The position numbers and the translations under genes are program-made. A stretch of 41,370 nucleotides of DNA. Source: an uncultured Rhodospirillaceae bacterium (GTDB lineage: Bacteria > Pseudomonadota > Alphaproteobacteria > Dongiales > Dongiaceae). Under the pieces are notes generated by a model. The model saw only the letters and a list, made by a program, of their open reading frames with translations. It searched no databases and had not been told where the DNA came from. The stretch covers positions 1-41,370 of the forward strand of contig CAYOQR010000044.1 of the NCBI GenBank assembly GCA_964406155.1. The letters are read 5' to 3'. Positions 10,918-19,542 of the stretch are shown piece after piece. Numbering within the stretch: position 1 is the stretch's first letter; each line of letters opens with the position of its first letter.

Positions 10918-12069
10918 TCAGCGGGCCTCAGGCTGCTTCAGGTTGACCAGCTTGCGGAGCAAGGCATCGAAACCCTGGCCGTCGCCGGCATAGAGGTCGA
11001 TCCGGCCGACCTTCTCCACCAGGCGCTCGAGGCTCTCGAGTTCCTTGAGGCGGAGCACCAGCGGATTCTCCTCCATCAATTTGGCGGTGTTGAGCAGCGA
11101 CCGGGTCGCGGCCGTCTCCTCCTGACGACGGATCAGATTGGCTTTCGCCGTCCGCTCCGCCTCCACCACCTTGTTGACGAGGTCGCGGATCTCACCGGGC
11201 AGGATCACGTCCTTCACGCTGAGTTCCATTACCTCGATGCCGGTATCGCCCAGCCGTGCCTGCACGAAGGCTCGCAACTCGGTGTCCAGGGCACCCTTGG
11301 CCGACAGGACTTCGTCCAGCGTGCGGGTCACGACTGCCTCGCGGATGGCGAACTGCGCCAGCCGGTACAGCCAGCCGTCGATATCGGCGACCGCCGCCGC
11401 CGCGCGTTCCGGATCGGCGATCCGCCGGAAGGCCGTCAAGGTCAGGCGCAGGGCGACACGATCCTTGGTCAGCATCTCCTGTGCGGTGATCTCGACCGGC
11501 TGCGGCCGCAGATCGAGGCGCTTGATCTCGACCTTGCGGTTGACCGTCCAATAGGCATACCGGCCCGGCGCCAGCCGCTCGACGAAACGCCCGTCGACAT
11601 AGAGGAGGCCGGCTTCGTTGTTCTCGACCACCGTCTCTGTCAGATACGGATTGCGTGCCCGATCGACCAAAGCCAAATATTCCGGTTTCACCGCTACCGC
11701 GCGGGCGATGTCGAAACGCTCGACATCGATCGCCGTCGCGACCTTCCAGAAGGCGGACGACTGCCAAGGACCCAACAGCTTCGTGGGCCGGCCATCGAAC
11801 ATGACGATCGCCAACTCATCGGCCCGGGTTTGCACCACCTCGAACAAGGCCGTGGCCAACGCCGGGCATTCGGCCCGAAGCACCGCATAACGGTCGAACG
11901 GGAATTCCGCCCGCACGACCTGGAAGGTTTCGGCCTTCAGGGCCCGCAGCGGATCGAACAGCATGTAGCGGCCGGGTTCGAGCACGCGCTCGTATCGGCC
12001 GTTGCGCTGCAATAACGCCCGCTCACCGTCCTTCACCGTGACGGACAATGTCATCAATTTCCAACTCAT
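10918..12069 (-). CDS. SPFH/band-7 (slipin/stomatin-like) domain protein with repeated N-terminal region
   Basis: AAGGATGGAG RBS. The C-terminal 2/3 is an SPFH domain plus coiled coil (EITAQEMLTKDRVALRLTLTAF...ERTAKANLIRRQEE...). The N-terminal ~190 aa hold three similar units (ALLQRNGRYERVLEPGRY / AIVMFDGRPTKLLGPW / GLLYVDGRFVERLAPGRY). Confidence 0.8.
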   Translation of the reverse strand: MSWKLMTLSVTVKDGERALLQRNGRYERVLEPGRYMLFDPLRALKAETFQVVRAEFPFDRYAVLRAECPALATALFEVVQTRADELAIVMFDGRPTKLLGPWQSSAFWKVATAIDVERFDIARAVAVKPEYLALVDRARNPYLTETVVENNEAGLLYVDGRFVERLAPGRYAYWTVNRKVEIKRLDLRPQPVEITAQEMLTKDRVALRLTLTAFRRIADPERAAAAVADIDGWLYRLAQFAIREAVVTRTLDEVLSAKGALDTELRAFVQARLGDTGIEVMELSVKDVILPGEIRDLVNKVVEAERTAKANLIRRQEETAATRSLLNTAKLMEENPLVLRLKELESLERLVEKVGRIDLYAGDGQGFDALLRKLVNLKQPEAR

Positions 12070-12406
12070 CGTTTACTCCATCCTTGGTCTCGTCATCGGC
12101 TTTGCGGCACGATGGCGAAACGGGTTGTGGATTTGAGGAACCGGGTACCGGATGCGGTTTCCCAGGACGATCGGCGGGCCAGGTTTAAGCTTGCGGGGAA
12201 ATGGAAGACGTGCGCGGGGAACCGCAACAAAATGCGGGGCGACGCACGGCCTCCATCAGCCCGCGCAAGCGGTATCCACCGCGGCGCAAAGCCGGTGTCA
12301 TGGTATCTGGTGCGGACGATTGGCCAGTTGGCCTTGCGACCGGACCGCGATTGAAACGCGCATCCGGTTCCCTTCAGGGGGTATCAGCTTTGTATGCTGA
12401 ACCGGA

Positions 12407-12480
12407 GCGTAGGAGCGGGAGTCGAACCCGCGACAAAATGCTGACAAAGCATTTGCTCTAACCTTCTGAGCTATCCTCGT
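12407..12480 (-). tRNA. tRNA-like element B: tRNA-Thr(UGU)-like with a defective acceptor stem (possible pseudogene or 1-nt indel)
   Basis: The minus-strand read ACGAGGA-TA-GCTCAGAAGGTTAGAGC-A-AATGC-TTTGTCA-GCATT-TTGTC-GCGGG-TTCGACT-CCCGC-TCCTACG-C has canonical D, anticodon and T arms. The 3' acceptor TCCTACG needs a 5' CGTAGGA but the sequence reads CG-AGGA (1 nt missing). C sits at position 37. CCA is not encoded. Confidence 0.45.
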
Positions 12481-12483
12481 TTG

Positions 12484-12553
12484 TGCAACCGATCGGAATC
12501 GAACCGAACCCTTCCGGGCTACTTGTCCCGGTGCTCACCAGAGCCACGATCGC
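12484..12553 (-). tRNA. tRNA-like element A: non-canonical (4-nt D-loop, 8-nt anticodon loop)
   Basis: The minus-strand read GCGATCG-TG-GCTC-TGGT-GAGC-A-CCGGG-ACAAGTAG-CCCGG-AAGGG-TTCGG-TTCGATT-CCGAT-CGGTTGC-A has an acceptor stem that pairs (two G.U) and a good T-loop. The D loop is only 4 nt, the anticodon loop is 8 nt with no U33, and T49-T65 mismatch. Confidence 0.3.
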
Positions 12554-12766
12554 CAACTTCATTCAGCGGAACACGGAGACGCATCGCGCACCGCGCCGGC
12601 CGGGATTTCGCAAACCTGAACCCAAGGCCGAATGAAGGGAGCGGACTTATGACGAAAGACGAATTGCGGGACAAGCGCAAAATTCACGCGCTGCGCGTAG
12701 GCTGCTATCTTTTGTCGCAGGCTGTGTCCTGCGTGACACAGAGCTAGAGCTAATGCTGTGTGCGTA

Positions 12767-14197
12767 TCAGGCGGCCTTCACCAATCGCGCGGCGTAGAAG
12801 CCATCGATGCCGCCATAGCGGGCGAGCTGATGGGGGAAGGAGCGGAGATCGCCGTCGACGGTGAGCAGCTCTTCCATGCCGCCGATCTCGAAGGCGCCGA
12901 TCGGCTGGCGGCGGATCGCCGGGTTGCGGGCGAGCAGCGCGTCGATACGCGCCTTGCCTTCCTCGGGCTGCAGCGAGCAGGTGCAATAGACGATGCGGCC
13001 GCCGGGCTTGACCAGATCGGCGGCGGCGTCGAGCAATCGGTCCTGGGTCGCCGTCAGCTTGACGATGTCGCGGGGGTCCTTCAACCAGGCGACATCGGGA
13101 TGGCGGCGGATCGTGCCGGTCGCGGAACAGGGCGCGTCCAGCAGGATCGCATCGAAATCCCGGGCCTTGCGCCACAGCACCGCATCGGCGGCCTCGATAT
13201 GGGCGGTGAGTTGCAGCCGTGCCAGATTCTCCTGCACGCGCTCCAGTCTTTTGCGCGAGCGGTCGAGCGCCGTCACCGTGGCGCCGGCAAGGGCGAGCTG
13301 GGCGGTCTTGCCGCCGGGCGCCGCGCACATGTCGAGCACGCGCTGCCCCTTGAGATCGGTACCGAGCAGCCGCGCCGGCAAGGCCGCCGCGGCGTCCTGC
13401 ACCCACCACATGCCTTCGGGGAAGCCGGGCAGGTCTTCGATGCGCGGCGAGGGACGATAATGTTCCTGAGGATGGGCCGGGCGCCGCACCGTGCCGGTCG
13501 GCAGCACCTCGCCCTGGAGCAGCTTCGCCCAATGGGCGGGATCGCGCTTCACCGTGAAATCGAGCGGCGGCTCGAGGAGATGTGCAGTGGCAATGGCGGT
13601 CGCCTGTTGCACGCCATAGGCCTTGACCCAGCTCTGCCACAGCCAGTCGGGCAGGCTGATCGCGCCGGTGAAGGCGCCGTTGCCGGGCCGCGCCTGGCGG
13701 AAGAGATCGGCCTCGCGGGCGACCCGCCGCAGCACCGCATTGACCAGGCCCTTATAGCCCGCCTCGCCGCCGCGCTTGGCGATCAGGCTGACCATGGTGT
13801 CGACGGCGGCATGGGCGGGGGTTTGCAGGAACAGGGTCTGGGCGACGCCAAGACGCAGGATGTTGCGCACCGCACTGGCGCGGGCCGGCAGGGGCTTCTC
13901 CAGGCATTGCGCCAGAGTGTGGTCGATCTGTCCCAGATGCCGCAGGGCGCTGCCGACCAAGGCGCGGACGAATTGCCGATCGCGGCCGGAAAGCTGGGTC
14001 AGCTCCGGATGATCTGCCAGGGCCTCGTCCAGGGGCTTGCGCTGGCGCAAAACCGCTTCCAGCAGGTCCAGGGCTGCGGCGCGGGCGGAAACCACCGGTG
14101 CTGCGAGTGTGCCGCTGCCGGGCGGCGCCTGGTCCGGCTGATCAGCCGCCGGCGCTTCGTCTTCCGGGCGGTTGCTGTGCGAGGGGTCGGGTAACAT
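12767..14197 (-). CDS. rsmB: 16S rRNA (cytosine967-C5)-methyltransferase RsmB/Sun
   Basis: NusB-like N-terminus plus SAM MTase motifs (VLDMCAAPGGKT, DAILLDAPCSATGTIRRHPD, PGGRIVYCTCS). Confidence 0.85.
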   Translation of the reverse strand: MLPDPSHSNRPEDEAPAADQPDQAPPGSGTLAAPVVSARAAALDLLEAVLRQRKPLDEALADHPELTQLSGRDRQFVRALVGSALRHLGQIDHTLAQCLEKPLPARASAVRNILRLGVAQTLFLQTPAHAAVDTMVSLIAKRGGEAGYKGLVNAVLRRVAREADLFRQARPGNGAFTGAISLPDWLWQSWVKAYGVQQATAIATAHLLEPPLDFTVKRDPAHWAKLLQGEVLPTGTVRRPAHPQEHYRPSPRIEDLPGFPEGMWWVQDAAAALPARLLGTDLKGQRVLDMCAAPGGKTAQLALAGATVTALDRSRKRLERVQENLARLQLTAHIEAADAVLWRKARDFDAILLDAPCSATGTIRRHPDVAWLKDPRDIVKLTATQDRLLDAAADLVKPGGRIVYCTCSLQPEEGKARIDALLARNPAIRRQPIGAFEIGGMEELLTVDGDLRSFPHQLARYGGIDGFYAARLVKAA

Positions 14198-14256
14198 GGG
14201 CGCCGTTATGCCCCATCGACGGGCGCTTGTCTAAGGCTGTGTGAGGGGGCTCGACC

Positions 14257-15030
14257 TCACCGGTAGAAGATGCTGGGCGGCATGCCGAAATGCTTGCGGA
14301 ACATGGCGGTGAAGGCGCTCTGGCTGGCATAGCCGCTTTCCAGCGCCACATCGATGATCCGCTCGCCCTGCGCCAGCCGCTCCAGGGCTGAGAGCAGGCG
14401 GGCCTGCTGGCGCCATTGGCCGAAGGTCAGGCCGGTTTCCCGGACGAACAGGCGATGGATGGTCTTTGCCGCGACGCCGAGCCGGGCGGCCCATTGCGCG
14501 GCGGTGGCATTGTCATCGGGCCGCGCCGCCAGGGTCTCGCAGATCCGCCGCAGGCGCGGATCTTGCGGCAAGGGGAGATGCAGCGGCAGGACATCCAGTT
14601 CCCGCAATTCGTCCAGCAGCAACTGCATCAGGCGCTCGTCGCGCCCGCCAGGCGGGTAATCACGGGGCACCGCCACCGCCGCGACGATCAATTCGCGCAG
14701 CAGCGGCGAGACGGCGATGACGCAGCTTGCCGAGGGGAGATGCGGAGCCGCCATGGGATCGACGAAAACGGTGCGGATCTTGACATCGCCGCACATCCGC
14801 ACGTCGTGATCGAGCCCCGCCATCAGCCAGACCGCCCGGTTCGGCGGCACAACCCAGGTTCCGGCGGCCGACCGCACGATCATCACGCCGGCGATCGCAT
14901 AGAGGAGCTGGGCGCGGGGATGGGCATGCCGGCCGGTGGACATGCCGGCCGGATAATCGATCTCCATCGCCGCCAACGGCCGGCCGGTGGCGTGATAGTC
15001 GAGATGCCGGCGGGGCAGATCCTCGCTCAT
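14257..15030 (-). CDS. AraC-family transcriptional regulator (cupin sensor + HTH_AraC)
   Basis: The N-terminal cupin-like GRHAHPRAQLLYAIAGVMIV and the C-terminal AraC HTH (TAAQWAARLGVAAKTIHRLF...GYASQSAFTAMFRKHFGMPPSIFYR) identify it. I prefer the ATG at 15030; the track start at 15054 is TTG. Confidence 0.8.
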   Translation of the reverse strand: MSEDLPRRHLDYHATGRPLAAMEIDYPAGMSTGRHAHPRAQLLYAIAGVMIVRSAAGTWVVPPNRAVWLMAGLDHDVRMCGDVKIRTVFVDPMAAPHLPSASCVIAVSPLLRELIVAAVAVPRDYPPGGRDERLMQLLLDELRELDVLPLHLPLPQDPRLRRICETLAARPDDNATAAQWAARLGVAAKTIHRLFVRETGLTFGQWRQQARLLSALERLAQGERIIDVALESGYASQSAFTAMFRKHFGMPPSIFYR

Positions 15031-15147
15031 ATTCCGATCTCGCGAATGTCCCAAACTCGATAAGAGAGGTCAGTTTAGCGTGAGACTAACCATGGCGGGA
15101 AGGGCTAAGCCGGAAGCCGTTTTCAACGCTTCATCACGTGGTGCGCC

Positions 15148-16071
15148 ATGCCCAAGGCAAATCTCGCTGTCCTCTGTCCCTTCTTCGCCATCCTGCTCTG
15201 GGCCGGGAATGTCATCGTTTCGCGCCTCTCGGCACATAGCATCGGCCCGCAGGCGATCACCTTCTACCGCCTGGCTTTCGCGGCCGCGCTGATGACCCCC
15301 TTCGTGGCGCGGCCGGCCTGGCGCAACCGGGCGGCGATCTGGCCGCATCTCGGCCAGATCGGCATCCTGGGCTTTCTCGCCATGTGCCTGTTCCAGAGCC
15401 TCTCTTACCTGGCGGCGGAAACCACCAGCGCCACCAATATGGCGGTGATCACCGCCTTGACGCCGCTCCTGACCGTGGCGCTCAGTGCCCTGCTGCTGGG
15501 CGAAACACCCAGCATCGGCATGATCGGCGGCGGCGTCCTGGCGCTGGGCGGGCTGGTCTATCTGGTGAGCGGCGGGGAACCCTTGATCCTGTTCACCGGC
15601 GGCGCCCATCCCGGCGATGCATTGATGCTGGTCGCGGCCCTGGTCTATGCGCTTTACGGCGTGCTGCTGAAGCGCTGGCGCCTGCCGATCCCCGGCTGGC
15701 AATCGACCTATCTGCAGGCGCTCTCCGCTTTGGCGATCATGTTTCCGGCTTTCCTGGCGACACCCGCGTCCTTGCGTCCGCTCAATGCCGAGACGCTGCC
15801 GCTGATCGCCTATGCCGGCGGCCTCGCCTCGGTGGTGCTGCCTTTCCTGTGGATTCGCGGCGTCGACCGGCTGGGCCCCAGCCGCTGCGCGATCTTCATG
15901 AACCTGCTGCCGGTCTTCACGGCAATCGGCGCCATCGCGATGCTGGGCGAGCCGGTGCGGCCCTTCCATGTGATCGGTGGCGGCCTCGCTTTGGCTGGCG
16001 TCGGTTGCGCGCAACTCTTCCGCCGGCCGCTGACGACCCGGCCGGCTGTTCCGGTTCAGGAGAGCAAATGA
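15148..16071 (+). CDS. EamA/DMT-family transporter (10 TM predicted)
   Basis: Two EamA repeats on a hydrophobic profile; it is divergent from the AraC gene. Confidence 0.8.
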   Translation: MPKANLAVLCPFFAILLWAGNVIVSRLSAHSIGPQAITFYRLAFAAALMTPFVARPAWRNRAAIWPHLGQIGILGFLAMCLFQSLSYLAAETTSATNMAVITALTPLLTVALSALLLGETPSIGMIGGGVLALGGLVYLVSGGEPLILFTGGAHPGDALMLVAALVYALYGVLLKRWRLPIPGWQSTYLQALSALAIMFPAFLATPASLRPLNAETLPLIAYAGGLASVVLPFLWIRGVDRLGPSRCAIFMNLLPVFTAIGAIAMLGEPVRPFHVIGGGLALAGVGCAQLFRRPLTTRPAVPVQESK

Positions 16072-16997
16072 TGTCGGTGATGACGCCCCAGCCAATTTCC
16101 GGTGCGACGATCTCCGGTGCCGAAATGGATGACCGAGCGCTCCTGCTGCGCATTGCCGAAGCGCTGGAGCGCCTGGCGCCGCCGCCCGCCGCGTCGGGTC
16201 TCGAAGAGGTCGCGGAAGGCTATCTGTGGCTGGGTGCGGCCAAGCGGCTGCGGCCGGTCCGCCGCATCGCCCGGATCGAGATCGACTTGCTGCGCAAGGT
16301 GGAGATGCAGCGCGACATCCTGCTTGCCAATACGCGCAGCTTCGCCACTGGCGGCAGGGCGAACAATGCGCTGCTCTGGGGATCGCGGGGCACCGGTAAG
16401 TCCTCGCTGGTCAAGGCGGTGCATGCGGCGGTCAATCGCGAACTGGAAACCCTTCCGCATCATGTATCGGTGGCGCCAATTCCGGTAGCGCTGGTCGAGG
16501 TGCAGCGGGAGGATATCGGCACGCTGCCGGATCTCATGGCCTTGCTGGAAGCGGCAGCACCCCGCCGCTTCATCCTGTTCTGCGACGATCTCTCCTTCGA
16601 CAACGGCGAGGCGGCTTATAAGTCGTTGAAGGCGGTGCTCGATGGCGGCATCGCCGGGCGGCCCAAGAATGTCGTCCTCTACGCCACGTCGAACCGGCGC
16701 CATCTCCTGGCGCGGGACATGATCGAGAACGAGCAATCGACGGCGATCAATCCGGGCGAGGCGACGGAGGAGAAAGTGTCGCTGTCGGATCGCTTCGGCC
16801 TCTGGCTCGGCTTCCATGCGATCGATCAGGACGGCTATCTCGACATGGTGGCGGGCTATGCGGCCCATCTCGCTTTGCCGATTGCGGAAGGGGAGTTGCG
16901 CCGCCGCGCCCTGGAATGGTCGCTGCAGCGCGGCTCACGCTCGGGCCGCACCGCCTGGCAATTCATCCAGAGCCTGTCGGGCGTTGTCGCGGACTAA
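16068..16997 (+). CDS. DUF815-family AAA ATPase (ATP-binding protein)
   Basis: MMSVMTPQPI...Walker A GSRGTGKSS, Walker B FILFCDDLSF. The ATG overlaps the transporter stop (ATGA coupling). The track ORF 15384.. is the same frame extended upstream. Confidence 0.75.
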   Translation: MMSVMTPQPISGATISGAEMDDRALLLRIAEALERLAPPPAASGLEEVAEGYLWLGAAKRLRPVRRIARIEIDLLRKVEMQRDILLANTRSFATGGRANNALLWGSRGTGKSSLVKAVHAAVNRELETLPHHVSVAPIPVALVEVQREDIGTLPDLMALLEAAAPRRFILFCDDLSFDNGEAAYKSLKAVLDGGIAGRPKNVVLYATSNRRHLLARDMIENEQSTAINPGEATEEKVSLSDRFGLWLGFHAIDQDGYLDMVAGYAAHLALPIAEGELRRRALEWSLQRGSRSGRTAWQFIQSLSGVVAD

Positions 16998-17048
16998 GCT
17001 AGACTGAATCTTGATTCGTCCAACCCGCTGAGCTTAGCCTCGATTCAC

Positions 17049-18071
17049 TCAACCCCACGGCCCGCGCTGCGGCTGGTCGCCACCGCTGCGCGGAATGCGG
17101 CTGCTGGCCGTGGGTGCCGGCGGCTGCGTTTCCGCGCTGTCATCGTCCCGCGATACGTCCGTACGGCGCAGCACCGGATCGCGGCCATCGCGCATCGAAT
17201 CACCGCGCATCGGATTGCCGCCCGGCTGCATCGCGAGCAGGCGGGCGATGCGGTCCTCGGTCGAGGGATGGGTCGAGAACAGGCTGCCGATGCCACCGCC
17301 ATGCAGCGGGTTGATGATGAAGAGATGGGCGGTCGCCGGATTGGCCTCGGCCTCCTGGTTGGGGATGGCGGCGGCACCGTGGGAAATCTTGGCGAGGGCC
17401 GAGGCGAGCCAGCGCGGCTGGCCGCAGATCTCGGCGCCCATGCGGTCGGCCTCGTATTCGCGCGAGCGGGAGATGGCGAACTGCACCAGCATGGCGGCGA
17501 GCGGTGCGACGATGGCGGCCAGCAATACGCCCAATCCGCCGAGCGGATTCTCGCGGTCGCGGCTGCCGCCGAAGAACAGGCTCATCTGGGCGAAATTCGC
17601 CAGCATGCCGATGGCGCCGGAGAGGCAGGCGGTGATGGTCATGGTCAGGCTGTCGCGATGCTTCACATGCGAGAGCTCATGGGCCATGACGCCGGCCAGT
17701 TCTTCACGCGAGAGCATCTGCAGGATGCCGGTGGTGGCGGCCACGGCGGCATGGTCAGGATTGCGTCCGGTGGCGAAGGCATTGGGCTGCGGATTGTCGA
17801 TGATGTAGACCTTCGGCCTCGGCAGTTCGGCGCGGCGCGCCAATTCCGCCACCAGATCGTAGAATTCCGGGGAGGCCGCACGGTCGATCTCCCGCGCGCC
17901 ATACATGCGCAGGACCATCTTGTCGGCGTTCCAATAGGCGAAGAGATTGGTCAGGCAGGCAAAGGCGAACGCGATCACCATGCCGGTCTGGCCGCCAATG
18001 GCGTAGCCCACGACCAGGAACAGCGCCGTCATCGCCGCCAGGAGCAAACCCGTCCGAATATATCCCATCAA
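17049..18071 (-). CDS. htpX: zinc metalloprotease HtpX (M48) with low-complexity C-terminal tail
   Basis: A 4-TM N-terminus, the HEXXH motif ([10 protein letters not shown]) and the EYEADR glutamate motif. The C-terminal ~60 aa are Arg/Asp/Gly/Pro-rich. Confidence 0.85.
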   Translation of the reverse strand: MMGYIRTGLLLAAMTALFLVVGYAIGGQTGMVIAFAFACLTNLFAYWNADKMVLRMYGAREIDRAASPEFYDLVAELARRAELPRPKVYIIDNPQPNAFATGRNPDHAAVAATTGILQMLSREELAGVMAHELSHVKHRDSLTMTITACLSGAIGMLANFAQMSLFFGGSRDRENPLGGLGVLLAAIVAPLAAMLVQFAISRSREYEADRMGAEICGQPRWLASALAKISHGAAAIPNQEAEANPATAHLFIINPLHGGGIGSLFSTHPSTEDRIARLLAMQPGGNPMRGDSMRDGRDPVLRRTDVSRDDDSAETQPPAPTASSRIPRSGGDQPQRGPWG

Positions 18072-18276
18072 AGCCTCTCGAAACCCGTGTCCCGGCCCAT
18101 CAAAGGCACCCCGCCAAAGGCGACTGCCAGGTCGCTGTCTATGTTGTGACGCTTGGGGCGCTGATCAAGACGGCTCCCGCTTCCCTCCGCTCGGCCAAGC
18201 AGTTGCTCTCGGGCCGGCGGAAGAACTCGTTCGGCGTCTGTTGCGGCGCAACCAGGGGCTCCGCTAAGATAGCACC

Positions 18277-18498
18277 ATGCAGAAAAACAAGCCTACCACC
18301 ATGACCGAAAGTGCGTCTGCTCCATCGACAGCAGCGGCCGACGCCCTGGCCGAAGCGAAGGCCCGGCAGACAAAGGCCAGCCAAGCGCAAGCAAAAAAGC
18401 CACAGGGCGGGATGACCCCGGAGATCGGCGGTCCCAGCGGCCTCGAGCCGACGCGGTATGGCGACTGGGAACGCAACGGCCGGGTCAGCGATTTCTGA
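18277..18498 (+). CDS. DUF1674 (SDHAF4-like) small protein
   Basis: The C-terminus ...EPTRYGDWERNGRVSDF matches the DUF1674/SDHAF4 signature. Confidence 0.7.
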   Translation: MQKNKPTTMTESASAPSTAAADALAEAKARQTKASQAQAKKPQGGMTPEIGGPSGLEPTRYGDWERNGRVSDF

Positions 18499-18529
18499 TA
18501 GCGATCACTGATATCCGGCGCGGCGCGGC

Positions 18530-19420
18530 TCAGCCTTGCGCGAAAGCCGCCGCGACGAAATCGACGAACAGCCTGATGCGGGGCGGGAGCGGCTTGCCGG
18601 GCGCGAAGACGGCGAAGAGTTCGATGCTGTCGCACCAGTAATCGGCCAGGCATTCGACCAGGCGGCCAGCCTCCAGATCCTCCGCGACATCCCATATCGC
18701 CTCCAGCGACAGGCCGAGGCCGTCTAGCGCCCAGCCATGCAGCGCGTCGCCGCTGCCGCTGGAGAGCCGGCCCGTGACCTTGATCTCGCTCTCGGCGCCG
18801 TCGATCCGGAACCGCCAGCGGTCGAGCAGGCGATGGCGGCGGGCAAGGCGCAGGCAATCATGCATCGCGAGATCGGCCGGCTGGCGCGGGATGCCATGGG
18901 CGGCGAGATAGGATGGCGCCGCGCAGACCACGCGCCGCGCGACCGCGAGCTTGCGGGCGATCAGGGACGGGTCGTCCGGCCGGCCGATGCGCAAGGCGAC
19001 ATCGATCCCGTCCTCGCTGACATCCAGCCCGGCATCCGAGAGGATGAGATGGGCCTCCAACCCAGGATGACGGGCGGTGAAATCGGCCAGCAGGGGCGCG
19101 ATCCGCCGCCGCCCCAGTTCCGTCGGCGCCCCGATCCGAAGCAGGCCCCGCGCTGTCCCGCCCCGCGCGGTGACCTCCGCCTCCATGTCGCGCAGGTCGG
19201 CGCGGATCGCTTGGCCACGGGCGTAATAGAGCGCGCCTTCGTCGGTCAGGCGGAAACGCCGGGCGCTGCGTTCCGCCAGACGGACGCCGAGCCGTGCCTC
19301 CAGGGCCGCGAGGCGGCGGCTGACGGCGGGCGGCGAGGAGGCAAGAACCTGGGCCGCGGCCGAGATGCCGCCGGCCTCGACGATCGCGGCGAACAGGTCG
19401 AGATCGCCCAGATTGTCCAT
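18530..19420 (-). CDS. LysR-family transcriptional regulator
   Basis: MDNLGDLDLFAAIVEAGGISAAAQVLASSPPAVSRRLAALEARLG (LysR HTH) plus a substrate-binding domain. I prefer the ATG at 19420; the 19441 start would overlap its own operator. Confidence 0.8.
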   Translation of the reverse strand: MDNLGDLDLFAAIVEAGGISAAAQVLASSPPAVSRRLAALEARLGVRLAERSARRFRLTDEGALYYARGQAIRADLRDMEAEVTARGGTARGLLRIGAPTELGRRRIAPLLADFTARHPGLEAHLILSDAGLDVSEDGIDVALRIGRPDDPSLIARKLAVARRVVCAAPSYLAAHGIPRQPADLAMHDCLRLARRHRLLDRWRFRIDGAESEIKVTGRLSSGSGDALHGWALDGLGLSLEAIWDVAEDLEAGRLVECLADYWCDSIELFAVFAPGKPLPPRIRLFVDFVAAAFAQG

Positions 19421-19435
19421 GGGATGCCTCAATGT

Positions 19436-19521
19436 TTCCAATTATCGGAATATTAGATTCTGATACCAGCCGTTTCCACCGGTTTTCGTCGATGTAAATA
19501 TCTATTCATCGGAAATATGAA
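19436..19521. promoter_or_regulatory. divergent LysR/oxidoreductase control region with two T-N11-A type LysR boxes
   Basis: TTCC-AATTATC-GGAA at 19436-19450 and TTCAT-CGGAAAT-ATGAA at 19505-19521, in an AT-rich tract. An AAGGAGG RBS precedes the 19543 ATG. Confidence 0.4.
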
Positions 19522-19542
19522 GCCGCTTCAAGGAGGCCTCTC

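Noticed and set aside
12380-12760. Two-piece (permuted) or one-piece tmRNA (ssrA) hypothesis for the tRNA-like pair
   Set aside because: There are two separate T-arms, no encoded CCA, no GGGG-type 5' acceptor partner, and no ANDN..(L)AA-type tag reading frame nearby. The B element has complete D and anticodon arms, which tmRNA lacks. A single tRNA-Sec was also considered for A (short D-loop) and rejected because there is no UCA anticodon or long variable arm.
15384-16997. 537-aa ORF extending the DUF815 ATPase 5'-ward through the transporter gene
   Set aside because: The upstream portion is an alternate frame of the EamA transporter CDS. The ATPase homology begins at the ATG 16068, which overlaps the transporter stop.
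16994-17048. CTAAGCT...AGCTTAG inverted repeat between the DUF815 gene and htpX as a terminator
   Set aside because: It is a 7-bp stem with a 26-nt loop and no U-run on either strand, which is weak.
18072-18276. Sigma32 promoter upstream of htpX (CTTGAT-N17-CAACATAG)
   Set aside because: The -35 is acceptable but the -10 matches CCCCATNT/CYTATNT poorly. It is not reported as a feature, unlike the better htpG candidate.
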